From assembly GCF_009834535.1 (NCBI RefSeq), contig NC_045697.1, positions 114,640,001 through 114,704,000 on the forward strand: 64,000 nt of DNA. Reading direction: 5' to 3'. The position numbers and the translations under genes were made by a program. Shown here in pieces: positions 40,461 to 54,156 of this stretch. The notes beneath the pieces were generated by a model that saw only the letters and a list, made by a program, of their open reading frames with translations, was not told the origin of the DNA and did no database searches. This DNA is from Camelus ferus (Eukaryota). Positions within the stretch are counted from its first letter, which is position 1; each line of letters opens with the position of its first letter.

Positions 40461-43197
40461 AACCCTAATAATTGGTCTGACCACTTCTAGGTAGATGCCT
40501 GAGTTTTCAGTAAAGAATATAATTGATTAGTGAGTGGCTCTTTGGTGAGAGAGGAGGAGAATGTAGTGCCAAACAAAAAGAAATCTAGACTTAGATCTGA
40601 GACTTTCTGAAAAAAGACTTGCAATAGAGAGGAGGCTCTGATCTCAGTAATTCACAAACATTCTCCCAGTCAAGCAAATAACAACAAAAAACACTTTTCT
40701 TTTATACATATACCTAAGTAGGGCTGGCAGGGATTTTGTGAGAGAGGAGAGTAAGCAGCTTGAGTGTGCAGGTGATGAATCAGGATGCCATGAACTAGCA
40801 AGAAATGTCTCTCAGCGTAGTTCGCTGATTCTCACATCGAGCTGGTGAGGAGATACATTCTGCACTTCGTGCTTTAGTGTTTTCTCAAACTTGGTTGGGG
40901 AGGAAAGAAGTCTGATTAAAGTTAGGTGAAGCCAAAGTTTAGTGCATAAGTTTAGGGCAACTGTGAGCATTTGGTTAGCGGGTGTTAGAGAAAGGTGGAA
41001 AAGATTTGTATTTAAAGATAATATGTGCCCAATTAGAGATCTTTAATGTGGAATAAAATAATGAGGTTCATGAAGGGTAGGTCATTGAAATGAGAAAATC
41101 AAAAAGCCTTTGTTTGCTAGTAATCAGATTCCAGAATATAAGATTCCCATTTACAGAATTTGTGCCAGTATCTTACACATATTATTGGCTTGCTTCCTAT
41201 TAAATTCTTTAGATTTTAGTCATCTTGAATTGATTGAGAAATTTTCATAGATCTAGAGGTCTTTCAGCCACAATTTAAATAAATTAATATAAGATAATTA
41301 TAATAAAGTTATTGCATATATACATTTGTTATATTATGGTATATATGTATACAATGGTGGATTTGAGATATAAATTAAGGAAATACAAAATATGTGATCT
41401 CTATAAAATTTAGAAATAAATGATTTGTTTATAAACATGAAGAGGTTATACCAAAATTTTTAGTTCAAGTATAATTTGTAAATATCTTTTGAGTTTTCAG
41501 TTAGTGTTGCTTAAAACCTTTAGAATTGAAAATTTCCAAAAATATGTAAATCAGATGCATTCTTTATAGTATTATAATCTGGTTTCAGTTGTCATTTGAA
41601 TTCACTTTGGATGGAGTTTTTTCATACTCTCTCAGTAGACATGGACATAAATATTTTATCTTTTGAAATTGTGGAACTGGGATAGTGGAAATATTATAGT
41701 GCACATGGTGAACGAAAATGCAGTATACACCACACGGTGGTATTTACACCTCGAATTCTCTTCCTTGTTCATCCCCTCCAATTTCATTTACAATCAGAGT
41801 GTAGTGAAGATGCATGTTATATTATAGCAACCTTCAATTCAGTCAAAATTCAATTCAAAATGGAGTATCAATGTTTGTTCTATCAATGAGCATTGACTTT
41901 ATCTCTGTCTTAATGTGTCATTTTAATATTACCCATGTCCAGGAACATGCAATTTGTAATTCATACATCAATGAGAGTTTTACAGTGATATATTTAACTG
42001 AGCCAAGAAAACTTAGTTTATATGAATACAGAGAGTCAAACAAGCTAAAGAAATAAGCCATAAAAGGTCAAATTCAAAGAAAAAAAAAATCAAAGACAAC
42101 CTGACATTTATTTGCTTGGCTGCATTTATTTTACCAGAAATTACCATTATAAAGGGATTACTTTATCCAAAATGAGTAGAATAGAAGGTACCAGAATGTC
42201 ATTTTCACTCACGGTGTACAAATAGGAATTACAATTTACAGATCTAAATGTAATAAGATGTCCTGATAAATGAGTGTAACTCGTCAGGTTGAAATAGAAA
42301 GAGTATTCCAGTTGGAAAAAAATAGCATTCCAGAAAGAATTCAAGTAATACAATACAAGACCTCTCTGGAAATGATAAATGTTCTCTTTAAATTTGGCCA
42401 CATGGTATGAGCTGTGGAGTAAGAAAAATTTGAAAAGAGAATGCATTGCAAAATGCTGTAAGTATTTTATTCAATTCAGTAGATATTACTGTTTTGGTTG
42501 TAGGTGAATATATATTGACTATTTTTTTTTAAAACAGGATAGGCATGTAAACAGTTAGATTTTTGTGATGATTCATCTGATCCAAAAATATAGGTGTGCT
42601 TATACAGACCTGAAGGTAAAAAGTCAGTCTAGAAACATAGTGTAGAACTGACCTGGGAAGAAATTATTTGACAGGTAAGTGAGGGCAGAATTAAGTGACA
42701 GTGTAGAGAAAAGTATAAACAGATAAGAAAGAGGATAAGTGGCATTTATTGAGCAGGTACTGTATGCTTATTGTTTTTCTAATAATCTCACAGTTATATC
42801 TTAATTTCATAATAATTCATTTTGAAAGGTATTATTATGATAATTTGAAAGATTAAAAAATTGGAAGTCTGTAGAGATGAAATGGTTAGCTTGAAAGTGC
42901 TAACATAGGCATTCACACCTAACTCTGGCTCCTAACTTCAGGTACTTTCTACTCCCTCACATGGTATGATTATAGGATAAAGACATATGAGTGGTCCTAA
43001 TAATAAAGACTAAGAATTCTAGAAGTGGTGCATGGGTTCAGTTTTTAAATAAACTGAATGTCAAGAACAAATGGAGCTGTCTTATAGACCTTTAGAAATA
43101 CACAGCAATATTGAGAAATGAAGTTAAGATGGAAAAGTGAATTTGAGAATTACCCAAATAAATTCTTTATAGTAAGAAAATGGATGAGATGCCTATA

Positions 43198-43424
43198 GCT
43201 GTGCTGTCCATCATGGTAGCAAATAATCAAATGTGGCTCCAGAGAACTTAAAATGTGGCCAGTGCATCTGAAGAACTGAATATTTAATTTTATTTTTTAT
43301 TATCTGTTCCCCCAAAATAGTCTATTTAAAAAATAAATATCATTTTAGTGTTATTTTTAATGTAGCTAATAGAATTGAAAATTATATATGTGGCTCCCAT
43401 TATACTTTTATTGGACCTTGCTGA
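43198..43424. mobile_element. MER3/MER33-type hAT-Charlie non-autonomous DNA transposon
   Basis: gctgtgctgtcca...aaatgtggcc...gaagaactgaat...ttattggaccttgctg with decayed terminal inverted repeats. Confidence 0.75.
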
Positions 43425-45809
43425 CCCAGAAAGCAAGATGAGAAACCTAAGCATTTGTGGTCTTCTGCACTGGAAGTGAAATTGGGAGTCCTGTGGTTTC
43501 AGACCACCCAGGAGATGGATGACTGTCTCTAATGACTGTCACAATCTGGAATTTATTTCAGGAGTTTTTATTTGATTACTTCATAGAGTAGAATTTATTC
43601 TTTTAATAACTGATTAAAATATCTCATACAACAAACAACTTTGTCCAAATATTAGCCATAATAAAAATTAAAATGCTATTTATTCTAGAACTCACCCTGG
43701 TTCCTTTCCATAGGAGGAAACTCCTTGAGGTTAGGAAATTTGAGGATCATAATTTAGAATTTCTTTACTGTGAGTAAATTATCAATCAGTCACAACTTAG
43801 TACAGGAACATAACAAATATATTTTCTCTGTCATAGAATTTTTGCTTGTATGCTGAACAAATATGAGTAATTTTTCAAGTATGGTATCTTCCCTTTAAAG
43901 CATTTAATTTCCTATTATTTTTGGTCCAAGTGCTTCAGAGGCCAAAATATTAATCATAACATTTCAAGTATGTGTTTATTTTACTCATCCATTTCATAAT
44001 CTTGCAGTGAGTGAAAATTCATGGAGTTTGACAAATGATTTATCTGGTTAATTTTGACAACAAATGAGACTTGTTAATTCTAACTGGCTGGGTGACCCCT
44101 GAATTCAGAGGACAAATGTCCTCTGACTGTTATAGAAGCCTGGCTCATCTCTCTCCTCCAGTCTTACCATCATTTACCCTTCTCTACTTAATCTTTAAAA
44201 AAAATCTTTGTCATCCACATTATTGAAACTTTCCCTTCAATGTACATTTCTACCAAGTACCCTATCTTTTGCCTTATTTCTCATCCAAGATTCCTTAAAT
44301 ATTAGAATAAATTTGATTGTGAGGAACTCTAAAGGACAATTAAGTTTGTCTAGCACAAGTAGTTTTAAACTTGTTTTCTTCTATCAGTAGCCCTAACATG
44401 AGCCTAATTATCAAACATATACATGAATTATTTGCTATACATGTCTGCTTCAGGAATCTTGAAAACCGTATGCCCAAGTTCACTGGGAACTTAAATGATC
44501 AGTCCATTCAACTCTCAGTGTTTGTCCAGTGTTCTCTAGCATCAACTTTTATGATATATGTTTGAAAATGTGATATATCATGAAAATGGGAAGAATTACA
44601 TAAGACAAACAGGTCCTTTGGAATAATCAAGAAATGCAGCCTTATGCTTCGTTTTCAACCATTTACACTATCATTTACCCCCCCTTAAGGTTACATCACC
44701 TTGTCACCATACTACAATTGCAGTGATTATCAAAAGGAAGAGGAAGCAAGAACTTGCAACATATCATTTACACTCAGCACATAGGTTTAGAGAGATACTT
44801 GTCATTTGAAAATGTACCACAGGTTATCATGATATGCACCAAAATAATACATGATTTTGTTGAAGATTGCTTTTCAGGGTTGAACACAAAAAATTTCATT
44901 TTTTTTTTTTATTGTGCTCAGGTGACTTAGATCTTTTAAGAAGTCTTTCCTGTAGGAAAGATCAAATCAGTACTACTTAGGACGCCTGCTTGTGCTGACA
45001 TCCTCTCCTGTCCTTCATGTGACACTGTATTTAGGCAGCAAATATATTTATAAGATAAAAAAATAAATAATATGCATAGGCAATAAATAGACCAGAACGC
45101 CTAGATGTAAGCGAAGAAGATAGGGGCCATCTTCAGTTACAATGTACAGACAAGTCTGCATAATTTTCTCTAACGGTGCCTTCTGTACTTCAGAACCACC
45201 CTGGTAGAACCCTTATCCATCAAAATTTAGTCTTAGAAAATCATTCTAGACAGTAAAAAGGAGGGAAGCTGACATTTGCTGAGTGATCGTGCTCCAGGCA
45301 CTATGCTACCACTTGTCTCACCTGCATCATTTTGGTGTCTTGCCACATCTCCTGAACTACATCTTACAAATGGAGACAATACAGAATTTCATCACATGAT
45401 CGCATGCTCTGATTTTTGCTTTAGACAGCAGTGCCAAAGCATCTGTAGGACTTGGACTCATAGGGATATAGAATTTTGGAGTTGAAAGGGGCTATGTAGA
45501 TTTTTCAGCCTAGCTCCACTATTCAATGCAAGATTTGAGGTCATATGTCTTAAAAGAATAGTCAAGTTCATGCAGAACTTTAGAGAGGATACCAAAACCA
45601 GACATTTGCCTACTTACCCCAAGTCTCATATACGCCTATCCAGAGATGGCCCCTTCTCAGCTAAAACTGATTTTCCCTTTTTAATTGTATATTATTGTCT
45701 GCATTTTCCTAAAACTCTTTATTACACTGTATTTGATTTGTATCAGAAATGACGGCTTAATGTAAGATATGCAAACGGTACAGTGCATTGCATTTACTGC
45801 TAATTTTCC

Positions 45810-46930
45810 ACAGAGGTATAATTGACATAACACTATATTAGTTTCAGTTGTACAATATAATAATTCATAATTTGGGTATATTGCAAAATGATCATGACAT
45901 AAGTCCAAGTAACATCTGTCACCATACATAGTTACAATTTTTTATTTTGATGAGAACTTTCAAGATCCACTCTCCCTAGCTACTTTCAAATATGCATATA
46001 ATATTAATTATAGTCACCATGCTGTACACCATAAGGTCCCTATGACTTATTGATTATTTAACTGAAATTTGTACTTTTTGACCATCCTCATCCATATTGC
46101 CCATCCCTTACCTCAGGTAATCACCAAAATCAGGTAATTTTCCATATCAATAAGCTTGAATTGAATTTTGTTAGTGTTTAGATCCCACATATAAGTGAGA
46201 CCATGTATTTACTTTTTTCTGTCTGACTTTTTTCACGTAGCACAATGACCTCAAAGTCCATGCCACATTTTCTTTATCCATTCATAGAGACAGATGGACA
46301 TTTAGGTTGTTTCCATGTTTCCACTATTTTAAATAACACTGCAATGAACATGGGGGTGCAGATATGTTTTCAAATTAGTGTTTCATTTTCTACAGATAGA
46401 TAACCAGAAGTGGAATTGCTGGATAAGATGGTAGTTCTATTGTTACTTTTTGGAGAAAACACCATCCTGTTTTGCACGGTGCTCGTACTAATTTACAGTC
46501 TCACCAACAGAGCAAAAATGTTCCCTTTCCTCCACATTTTTGCCAACACTTGTTATTTCTTGTCTTTTATATATTAGTCATTCTAACAGAGTCATTCTAA
46601 GATGGCATCTGTTTGTGATTTTGGTTTTCTTTTCCCTGATAATTAGCGATATTGAGCATCTCTTCATGTCCTTGTTACCCATCTATATGTCTCCTTTGGG
46701 AAAAAAAATGCATTCAGATGCACTGACCATTTTTTAATCAGCTTGGATTTTTGCTATTGAGTTGTATGAATTATTTATATATTTTGGATATTAACCTGTT
46801 ATCAGATAAATGATTTGCAAATAGTTTTTTGCATTTAGTAGGTTACCTTTACGTCTTGTTAATGGTTTTCTTTGCTGTGTAGAAGCATTTTAGTTTGACG
46901 TAACTCCACTTGTTTATTGTTTTTGTTTTT
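45810..46930 (-). mobile_element. 5'-truncated L1 3' end
   Basis: Antisense 3'UTR and ORF2 tail; close to the reverse complement of 56200-57300. Confidence 0.9.
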
Positions 46931-49900
46931 TTCCCTAAAACTTATTTTTAGATTATTTTTAAAGTATGCAAATATTTATGTTAAAAGTGAACATTCATAT
47001 ACCACTTAGAAGATTCATCTATTTTGTACATTTTTTAAATAGATGTTTCCCTGTTTTAAATTTTTACTCATTAGAGATGTGTCAGCAAGATTAATTCTCA
47101 CTACTCAAAATATATCTTAAACACAAATAGGATTCATTATGATTGATCATCATAAAGGGATTTTCCTTTCAGAAGAAAAATATGTGAAGCAAGTAGGTGT
47201 TACAAAGAGAACACCTAACACTTCTTTATCCCATGTTTTGATCTCCTTTAAACTTCTGGAGAGGCTGTTTCTATTGAAATAGCAGGTCAGGAAGATTTGT
47301 TGAGCAATTGACAACTGTAAAGAGTTTGTGTGTTGTAGCACAGCTTGGCAGTCCTTTTAATCAATATTTCTTTTAATCCTAGCATGTGAAATAGTCTGAT
47401 ACTATCTGTTGATAATTATGTAGCTTCCTATAAACTTCTGAATAAAAAGCTACACATCCAAAACACATGCCTAAGTAAATTTTTATATACTTGAAAACAA
47501 CTTACCTTGCTTTCAAAGAGTGTGAGATTTATGAGATCAGTGGAGTGTGACAGAAAAGGAAAACTAAAATGCTTTCATCGTGTCCAGCAGAGAAAAGCTT
47601 GGCTTTTGGACTGCGATGTCAACAGAAGGGGGAAAAGAGGCATTGAAGCAGGTGGGGTTTAGTAGCAAAAAGACAGATGACTGTAACTTGACTAAGGAGG
47701 CCATGTCTGGCAGAACAAGAGGGCTCTTCAGAGCTGGGCTGTTTCTAGGGAAGGAGAGAAGGAAAAGACAGTGCACCTACCTGGAACCAGATCATCAGCC
47801 AGACTAATCACAGAGCCTGTTGGCTACTGTGCATGAAATTTCCAATGTATTGACTACCTTACTCACGATATGGGCTGACTGAGCCTTTAGCTAATAAACA
47901 TTCATTTAAATTGAACAAAGCCAGAGAATAAGGCAAGTTTGGATACCATTTTCTGCATTAAATAAGCTTATCAACAATATCAAATGAGAAAGTCATTAAA
48001 CATAAATAAAACATTACAGTGGTAAGAAAATTATAGATAATGGATCAGCTTTTCCACTAATAACTAACTTATTTTAAATACTTTTCCTCTATTTGTTTTC
48101 TTTTTTTTAATTTCAGAGTCAAAATAGCTGTACTTTTTTGGGGGTGAGAAGCACTATATAACTTCTAATATGATTATTACAAGTCAATTGCTACTTAGGA
48201 CTGTTCCAATATATTTGCACATGCTTCATCTTCTTATTTAATTGCAGAATATTTGGTACAATTAAGGCAAGATCACACGAAAGTTTAAGGTAAACCCTGG
48301 TATCTGTGATCTCAAGTTCCTTTGGTATTTGAAACATATTACTACAGAGTCACAGTCTCACAATACAACAAATCATGTTTTCTTTTCCTGGTCAAGTAAT
48401 TATATTAAAACTTCATGTAAGTGGTATTTTATTAGATTCCAGTATGTGTGTGATCAAGTAATGCTTATAAGGGGCACCTGTGTACCTGTCAGAGCATAAT
48501 GTAAGAACCAGTGTAAGAATCCACTTCAGGTATTTCAACTGGGAAGAATTTAACAGAAGGAATTTTGTGGTTACAATATCGATTGAAGATTTAGAGACAC
48601 AGACTATAAGGAATCTTCAGCTATGCATCCTTTGTTTGCTTCACATCTATGAAATGTATAGCTAAATGCAAAAATATGAAATCAGCTACAAATATTCATA
48701 TATGTCAGGTCTTGCTTGCCAGGCACAAATGGTGCAAAAAAAAAAAAAAAAAAGGATCTAACGTAAACTTGCTTTCAAATCCCATGAAAGTGATCTCTAT
48801 TTATAAAAATTTAAATAAATAAACTTTAGCTTCAAGGAAGATTGACAAATGTAGCTTTTAGCTTTCCAACCACTATGATGAAAGAGGGGGTTTTGAAGAG
48901 TTGCAACAGTATGACAAATTCCAGTTGGTATTACGCAGCACCACAAATAAGACTTTTATGAAAGAAACACATGTTTTGGCAGGTTCACCTTTGAGAGTCA
49001 GCTCAACAGACAGTAAATGTGCCAGTTGTTTAGCAATCACCAATAAGTATGCCAAAATTATTTCCAAAAGTTAGTTGATTCCACTTGGATGAAAGGATTT
49101 CTATTTTAACAACAAATGGCTTATTTCAAATTGTGCTTAGGAATGAAATGCAAGGTCTGAAATCATCTGCAATACCACTATAAGAAAATGATCATAAGCT
49201 ACCTAAAAGTTTTATATGTATATTAATTAATATGTATATTTATTTTATGACCCATTAATAGCCCTCTTCTTGTTGAGTTGCTTATTTCTCTTTATCAAGA
49301 GCACTTCAAGTATTTTAGCAAAAGGTAGCTAAAGGCAAGATCCTGCTCTGTGCTGGTTTTCTAGGTTGTCATTCTGTCCTTGGAATCTGTATTGTCCTCC
49401 TAGACTTTTAATTTTCTCCTGGGGCAGGGATATTTAAACGTTTATTGGGTCCAGAGCCTCTCGGATCCCCTAGGCACCTATTTCTTTAAACTGTAATGAC
49501 TGTTACTTTTCTTTAGTTCCTGCTGCTATTGCTGCTGGTTGTGTCTTTCATCTATCTCAGTCTCCTCACATTTGATCATTTATTCATTATGTTTCACTGC
49601 TAAATGCAAGCACTTCTCACTGTCTAGTTAGGAAAACGGCTCCTCTTTAAACATGTATAGTTTGCTTTTGTTGTATTACATACTGTCCTACATTAGAGTC
49701 AGTTTTTATGGGGCACCTTTGCCTGGTCACAATCAAAAGCTGTACCTACATAAAAACCAAGACCAAATGATTTTGACCAAATTTTGGTCAAAATTGGTTG
49801 TATTGAGTCAAGTTGAAATGTTGCACATCTCTTCTACTAAATGTATGTTGTTCTGTGTGCATTTCTCAAGGTTGTACACACTCTTTGATTTCCTCCTCTA

Positions 49901-49944
49901 AAGGCTGGCTTTGGATAATTTGATATACTAAGGGGTCAGAACAT

Positions 49945-50452
49945 TAGTCATGTTTTGCATTCTGTTGATTTGACTAATCTGGAACTATGTTTTCCAGAAT
50001 CCCCTTCCATGTACCATTCTAGGGTAGAGTTGGCCAAAGGAGAAGTGTGCATGGAATTTGGAAAACAGACGTAAAGCAGGAGTCCTTACTGAAGATTTTC
50101 ACAGACCCATGCGTTCCAGCCTCTCCACGATCTCCTTAGCACTTCTTTCTGACTGCTGGGCCTTTCCAACAGAGGCCCCAAGCCCACGACCATATACTTA
50201 ATTGTGAACCCACAGAGATAAAGCTACCCAAAGATCCCACCATGAGTTTCTCCTTCTCAGGCCTACATTGGAGGATAGAAGTGTTTTCACATGGACTGGT
50301 TAGAAGCTTCTTTGTTTCCCTACTACCCTTTCAAGGTTTTGTTGTCCAAGCCCCAATGATAAATGTAAGAGGTCAAATTAGTACAGTAAATCCCTTATCC
50401 CATAAATCTCAGAGTGACTCTGCTTCCTTGACTGAATCCTGCCTGAACAACA
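49945..50452 (+). mobile_element. LTR16-like ERVL solo LTR
   Basis: ctggaactatgttttccagaatccccttcc...aaatcccttatcccataa...ctgcttccttgactgaatcctgcctgaaca. Confidence 0.7.
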
Positions 50453-50717
50453 GGGCTGTGATAACCTAATATCAATGTTATAATATATCTTATTTTCTCC
50501 TCAAACCATTTACATAAACTTTTCTTACCCACTTATATTTATGACTATTGTAAGACTCATTTTAATGACTTTGCATGTTTGTTGATATAAGCTTTATTTT
50601 ATACCCAGATGCTTAAGTCCCAGTGACTTATTTCATCTTTACTCTCAACATTGTTAGAAAGCCTTTTATTCCATAGCCTAGCGTGGTAAGGAAACTTTCA
50701 GTAAGACCAGTCACTCT

Positions 50718-51173
50718 AGATGGATCTGGAGATTGGCATTCTAGGTGAAGTAAGACAGAAAGAGAAAGAAAAATACCATATGATATCACTTATATGTGGA
50801 ATCTAAGAAAAGAAAAAGAGAGGACACTAATGAACTCTTCGGCAAAACAGAAACAGACTTGCAGACATAGTAAACAATCTTATGGTTATTACCAGGGGAA
50901 AGGGTGTGGGGAGGGATACAATTATGAGTTTGAGATTTGCAAATGTTAGCCACTATATATAAAAATAGATTAAAAAACAAATTTCTTCCTATAGCACAGG
51001 GAACTATATTCAATATCTTGTAATAGCCTTTAATGAGAAAGGATATAAAAATGAATATATGCATGTGTGTATAATACACATATATGCATGACTGGGACAT
51101 TATCCTGTACACCAGAAATTGACACATTGTAACTGACTATACTTCAATAAAAAAAAAGTTTTAATTAAAAAAA
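50718..51173 (+). mobile_element. Lineage-specific L1 3' end
   Basis: atggatctggagattggcattctaggtgaagtaagacagaaagagaaagaaaaataccata, then 3'UTR, AATAAA at 51146 and A-tail. Confidence 0.9.
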
Positions 51174-54156
51174 GAAACGTCAGATCACTTTCTCAATCGT
51201 TTCTTTTCCCTATTTCCTTTTTTATATTTTTTCTAATCTCTCTTTTTAATCCATTCACCTTTCTAAGAATTTCAGAATTAGAAATAATCATTATATACAA
51301 AAGCACTAAGAACACAAAGTGGTACACATTAATGTATCATTTTTTAAAATTCTAAAATACATAGCTTGGTTTCCCAATGCTGTTGATACAGTCTAATATT
51401 TTTAGTTAAAAAAAAAAAAGCACAATTTCTGGCTTTACTACCTACAATTTTTCCACACAGATTTGCTTAAAGGTACAACAAGAGATTACTACACATATGC
51501 TTATTTTAATTTTGTTTCTAACGATAGCATGGCATTTGCATTTGCCAGCTGAAATTAACAACAAATATTCTAAGAATACATTTGTTCCAGATATTATGCT
51601 CTTTTTCCGAGAGAGTAGAGGCAGGGTAAATAGGATATGTTCTGCTCAAGTGTAACATAGCACTCTCTAAGTTTAGTAATAAAGCATACAGCCAAGCTCA
51701 TACTGGTACTAAGTGAATATTAAGCAATCAGTCAAGGACCTGTGTTATATTTTTATAACAAGCTACTCCACTCCCATAAAGATGAAATGTAGGTGGTCAT
51801 TTACACTCATTTACTGATACACTGTAAATCTGCCATATTTCATTTGCTTTGGCAAAGCCACTGACAGGAGGTTAAAGAAGATAATGTACTCACCATCTAT
51901 CTTTAACACCATCTGAGAGAGGTTGTTTGGTTGTCTTCCCTCTTGATCAGAGGACTCAAATACATATACAACTAATCACTTGTATGCTACTTTTAAAAAG
52001 AGTGCATTTGCACAAAAGCCAAGATGTGCAAGGCCAGTGATGATCTCTTTTGAGCCCAATTTCTTGCTTTTCTCCCTAAGAAGGAAGATGTTCTTACCAA
52101 AATGTATAAGGTACAGTGACATTCTTCATTTGAAAATGTAGGCAATGCCTAACAGGAGTGATAATTTGGCAACTCGTTTTTTGTTTTTTTTGGTTTTTTT
52201 TTTTTTTGATAAAATAATCAAAGGTTTAACTTTATTTTTAACCAACATAGAGATGACTTCACTAAGAGGGCTTAGGGTGGAGAGGCATCTATTTTTTAAA
52301 TCAAAATAAACCAAGAAATTTACCTTCCTTACTTCTCAGCTCATGTTTCTGGAATTCCATGTTTACATTTAATTCCTCTTATATTCGATAATAATTTTCA
52401 CTTATAAGAGAAAAATCAAACTTGCTTACATAGAGACTTACATACATGTTGACTTAGGTAAACTGAAAATCCATTTTTCTGGTTTCAAGGATAGCTGAAT
52501 TTTGTCAAAATATTGGCATCAATCTAGGTTTCTCTTTCTGTTTATATCTTTGATCAAAAAGAGAGAACCTCTTTCCAAAAGTAGTCAAAGAACAAAGGTT
52601 CATTTTGTGCCTTGACTCAATCTCACTTCATTACCTAAAAAGTCACTGTGACCAAGGGTATAAAAGGCCCATCCTGGATCATGTGCCCACCTCTGGTGCA
52701 AGGGAAACAATCAGGTCACCTGATTAACATTTCTCATAAAGAATCTAGACTTAGACTTCGCATTATTGGACAAATTAGAACATCATTTCTTTTAAAACGT
52801 TTTTCTATTATCATGAGCAATGCAGTATTTTCAATACATAAAGTACACATGTTCCAATGAGGAGATAGAAATAAGGAATGTGTATTACAAAAACAGTAAA
52901 AAGATTATAATGTAATAAAAAGTTAATATATGATATTACATTGTTTCTGAGAAATACAGAGATCAAAGTTTTAGATTAGGAAATATCTATTATATTTTTT
53001 ACCTCTGAACCTTTTTAAAACAATGAATTTCTTTATTTCCTTAAACACTGCTACAGAGACAATCTTACAAAATTATTTTCAAATTTCCTCAAAATTATTT
53101 AAGTGCCACTTGACCTCATTTATATATTTTTAAAAATTTCCTAAGAAATCTAGGTCTCTTAATTCTCCATTGCTGTGTTACTTATCTATAACAATGATTA
53201 TATTTCAGTATAAAGACCAAAAATATTAACCCTTAGTTAGCATTGAAGTCTATTACTCAGCAATTCTTTCTCTTTCATATGAATGAGATTTTCCTAGCTT
53301 TGGAGTTTTTTTTTTTCTTAGAATTAAAAAAAAAAATCAACTATTTATTAGACCACTTACAGAATTGAAATCATCTTGCTGTAGTTTAAATATTCGGTTC
53401 CACTTTGAGTTTGCATTCTTAGTGTGAGAAAATAACTTCTTGACTTGGTTTTGGGGGGAAAAATGGACTTCTTATCTGGATGCTCATTAATTTTTCAGCA
53501 AGGGATTGGAAGAAATCTTGCCCTCATCTCTAGCCTGTGTATGATCAGTAGAAGGAGTTCTTGTATGTTAGTCTTTCAGAGGGCTTCTGTGAGTGTGAAG
53601 TCAGCTAGGAAGTGATTTACCATCTACTGACTTCAGATTCTGAATCTTTGTATTTTGTTAATGGAATTGATAAGAAAAATGGGTCTCTCCTGGCTTTTCC
53701 TTCCTTTTCTATTTCCTTCCTACTTCACCTTGGCAGAGATTTATCTGGTGGCACAGAGAGGAGTCAGGTATATGAACTGCAGTGGTGCTTATCTCCCTCT
53801 GAGGTCACTGCAGTATATGCCTTTCCTTCTGAAACAAGAAAAGAACAGATTTATCACAGATGCATGATACTAAAAGGATGTTGTTGAGGAAGCTGTTTTT
53901 CACAAGCTACAAGAAGTATTTTGTGGGAGGTCATAATTACTCCTGTTAGATACTACAAACCAAAGTGGTTTAATTTTTAATTGAAAAGATACATAAACTG
54001 AAAAATGAAATTATAATGTGCTATTTATCAAAATATTCATGTTGTCTTTGAATTAGCTAAGTAGAAACATACAATCTTTAAAAAATATCATCTTTAAATA
54101 TACTGATAAATAATGTTTTGCCTTAAATTATTTATTTGCCTTAAATTATTTATTTT

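Noticed and set aside
51888..52090. Further minus-strand exon candidate (52075-51894) with GTGAGT donor
   Set aside because: Short pyrimidine tract, phase-0 frame has a stop, no CpG or composition signal; within chance expectation
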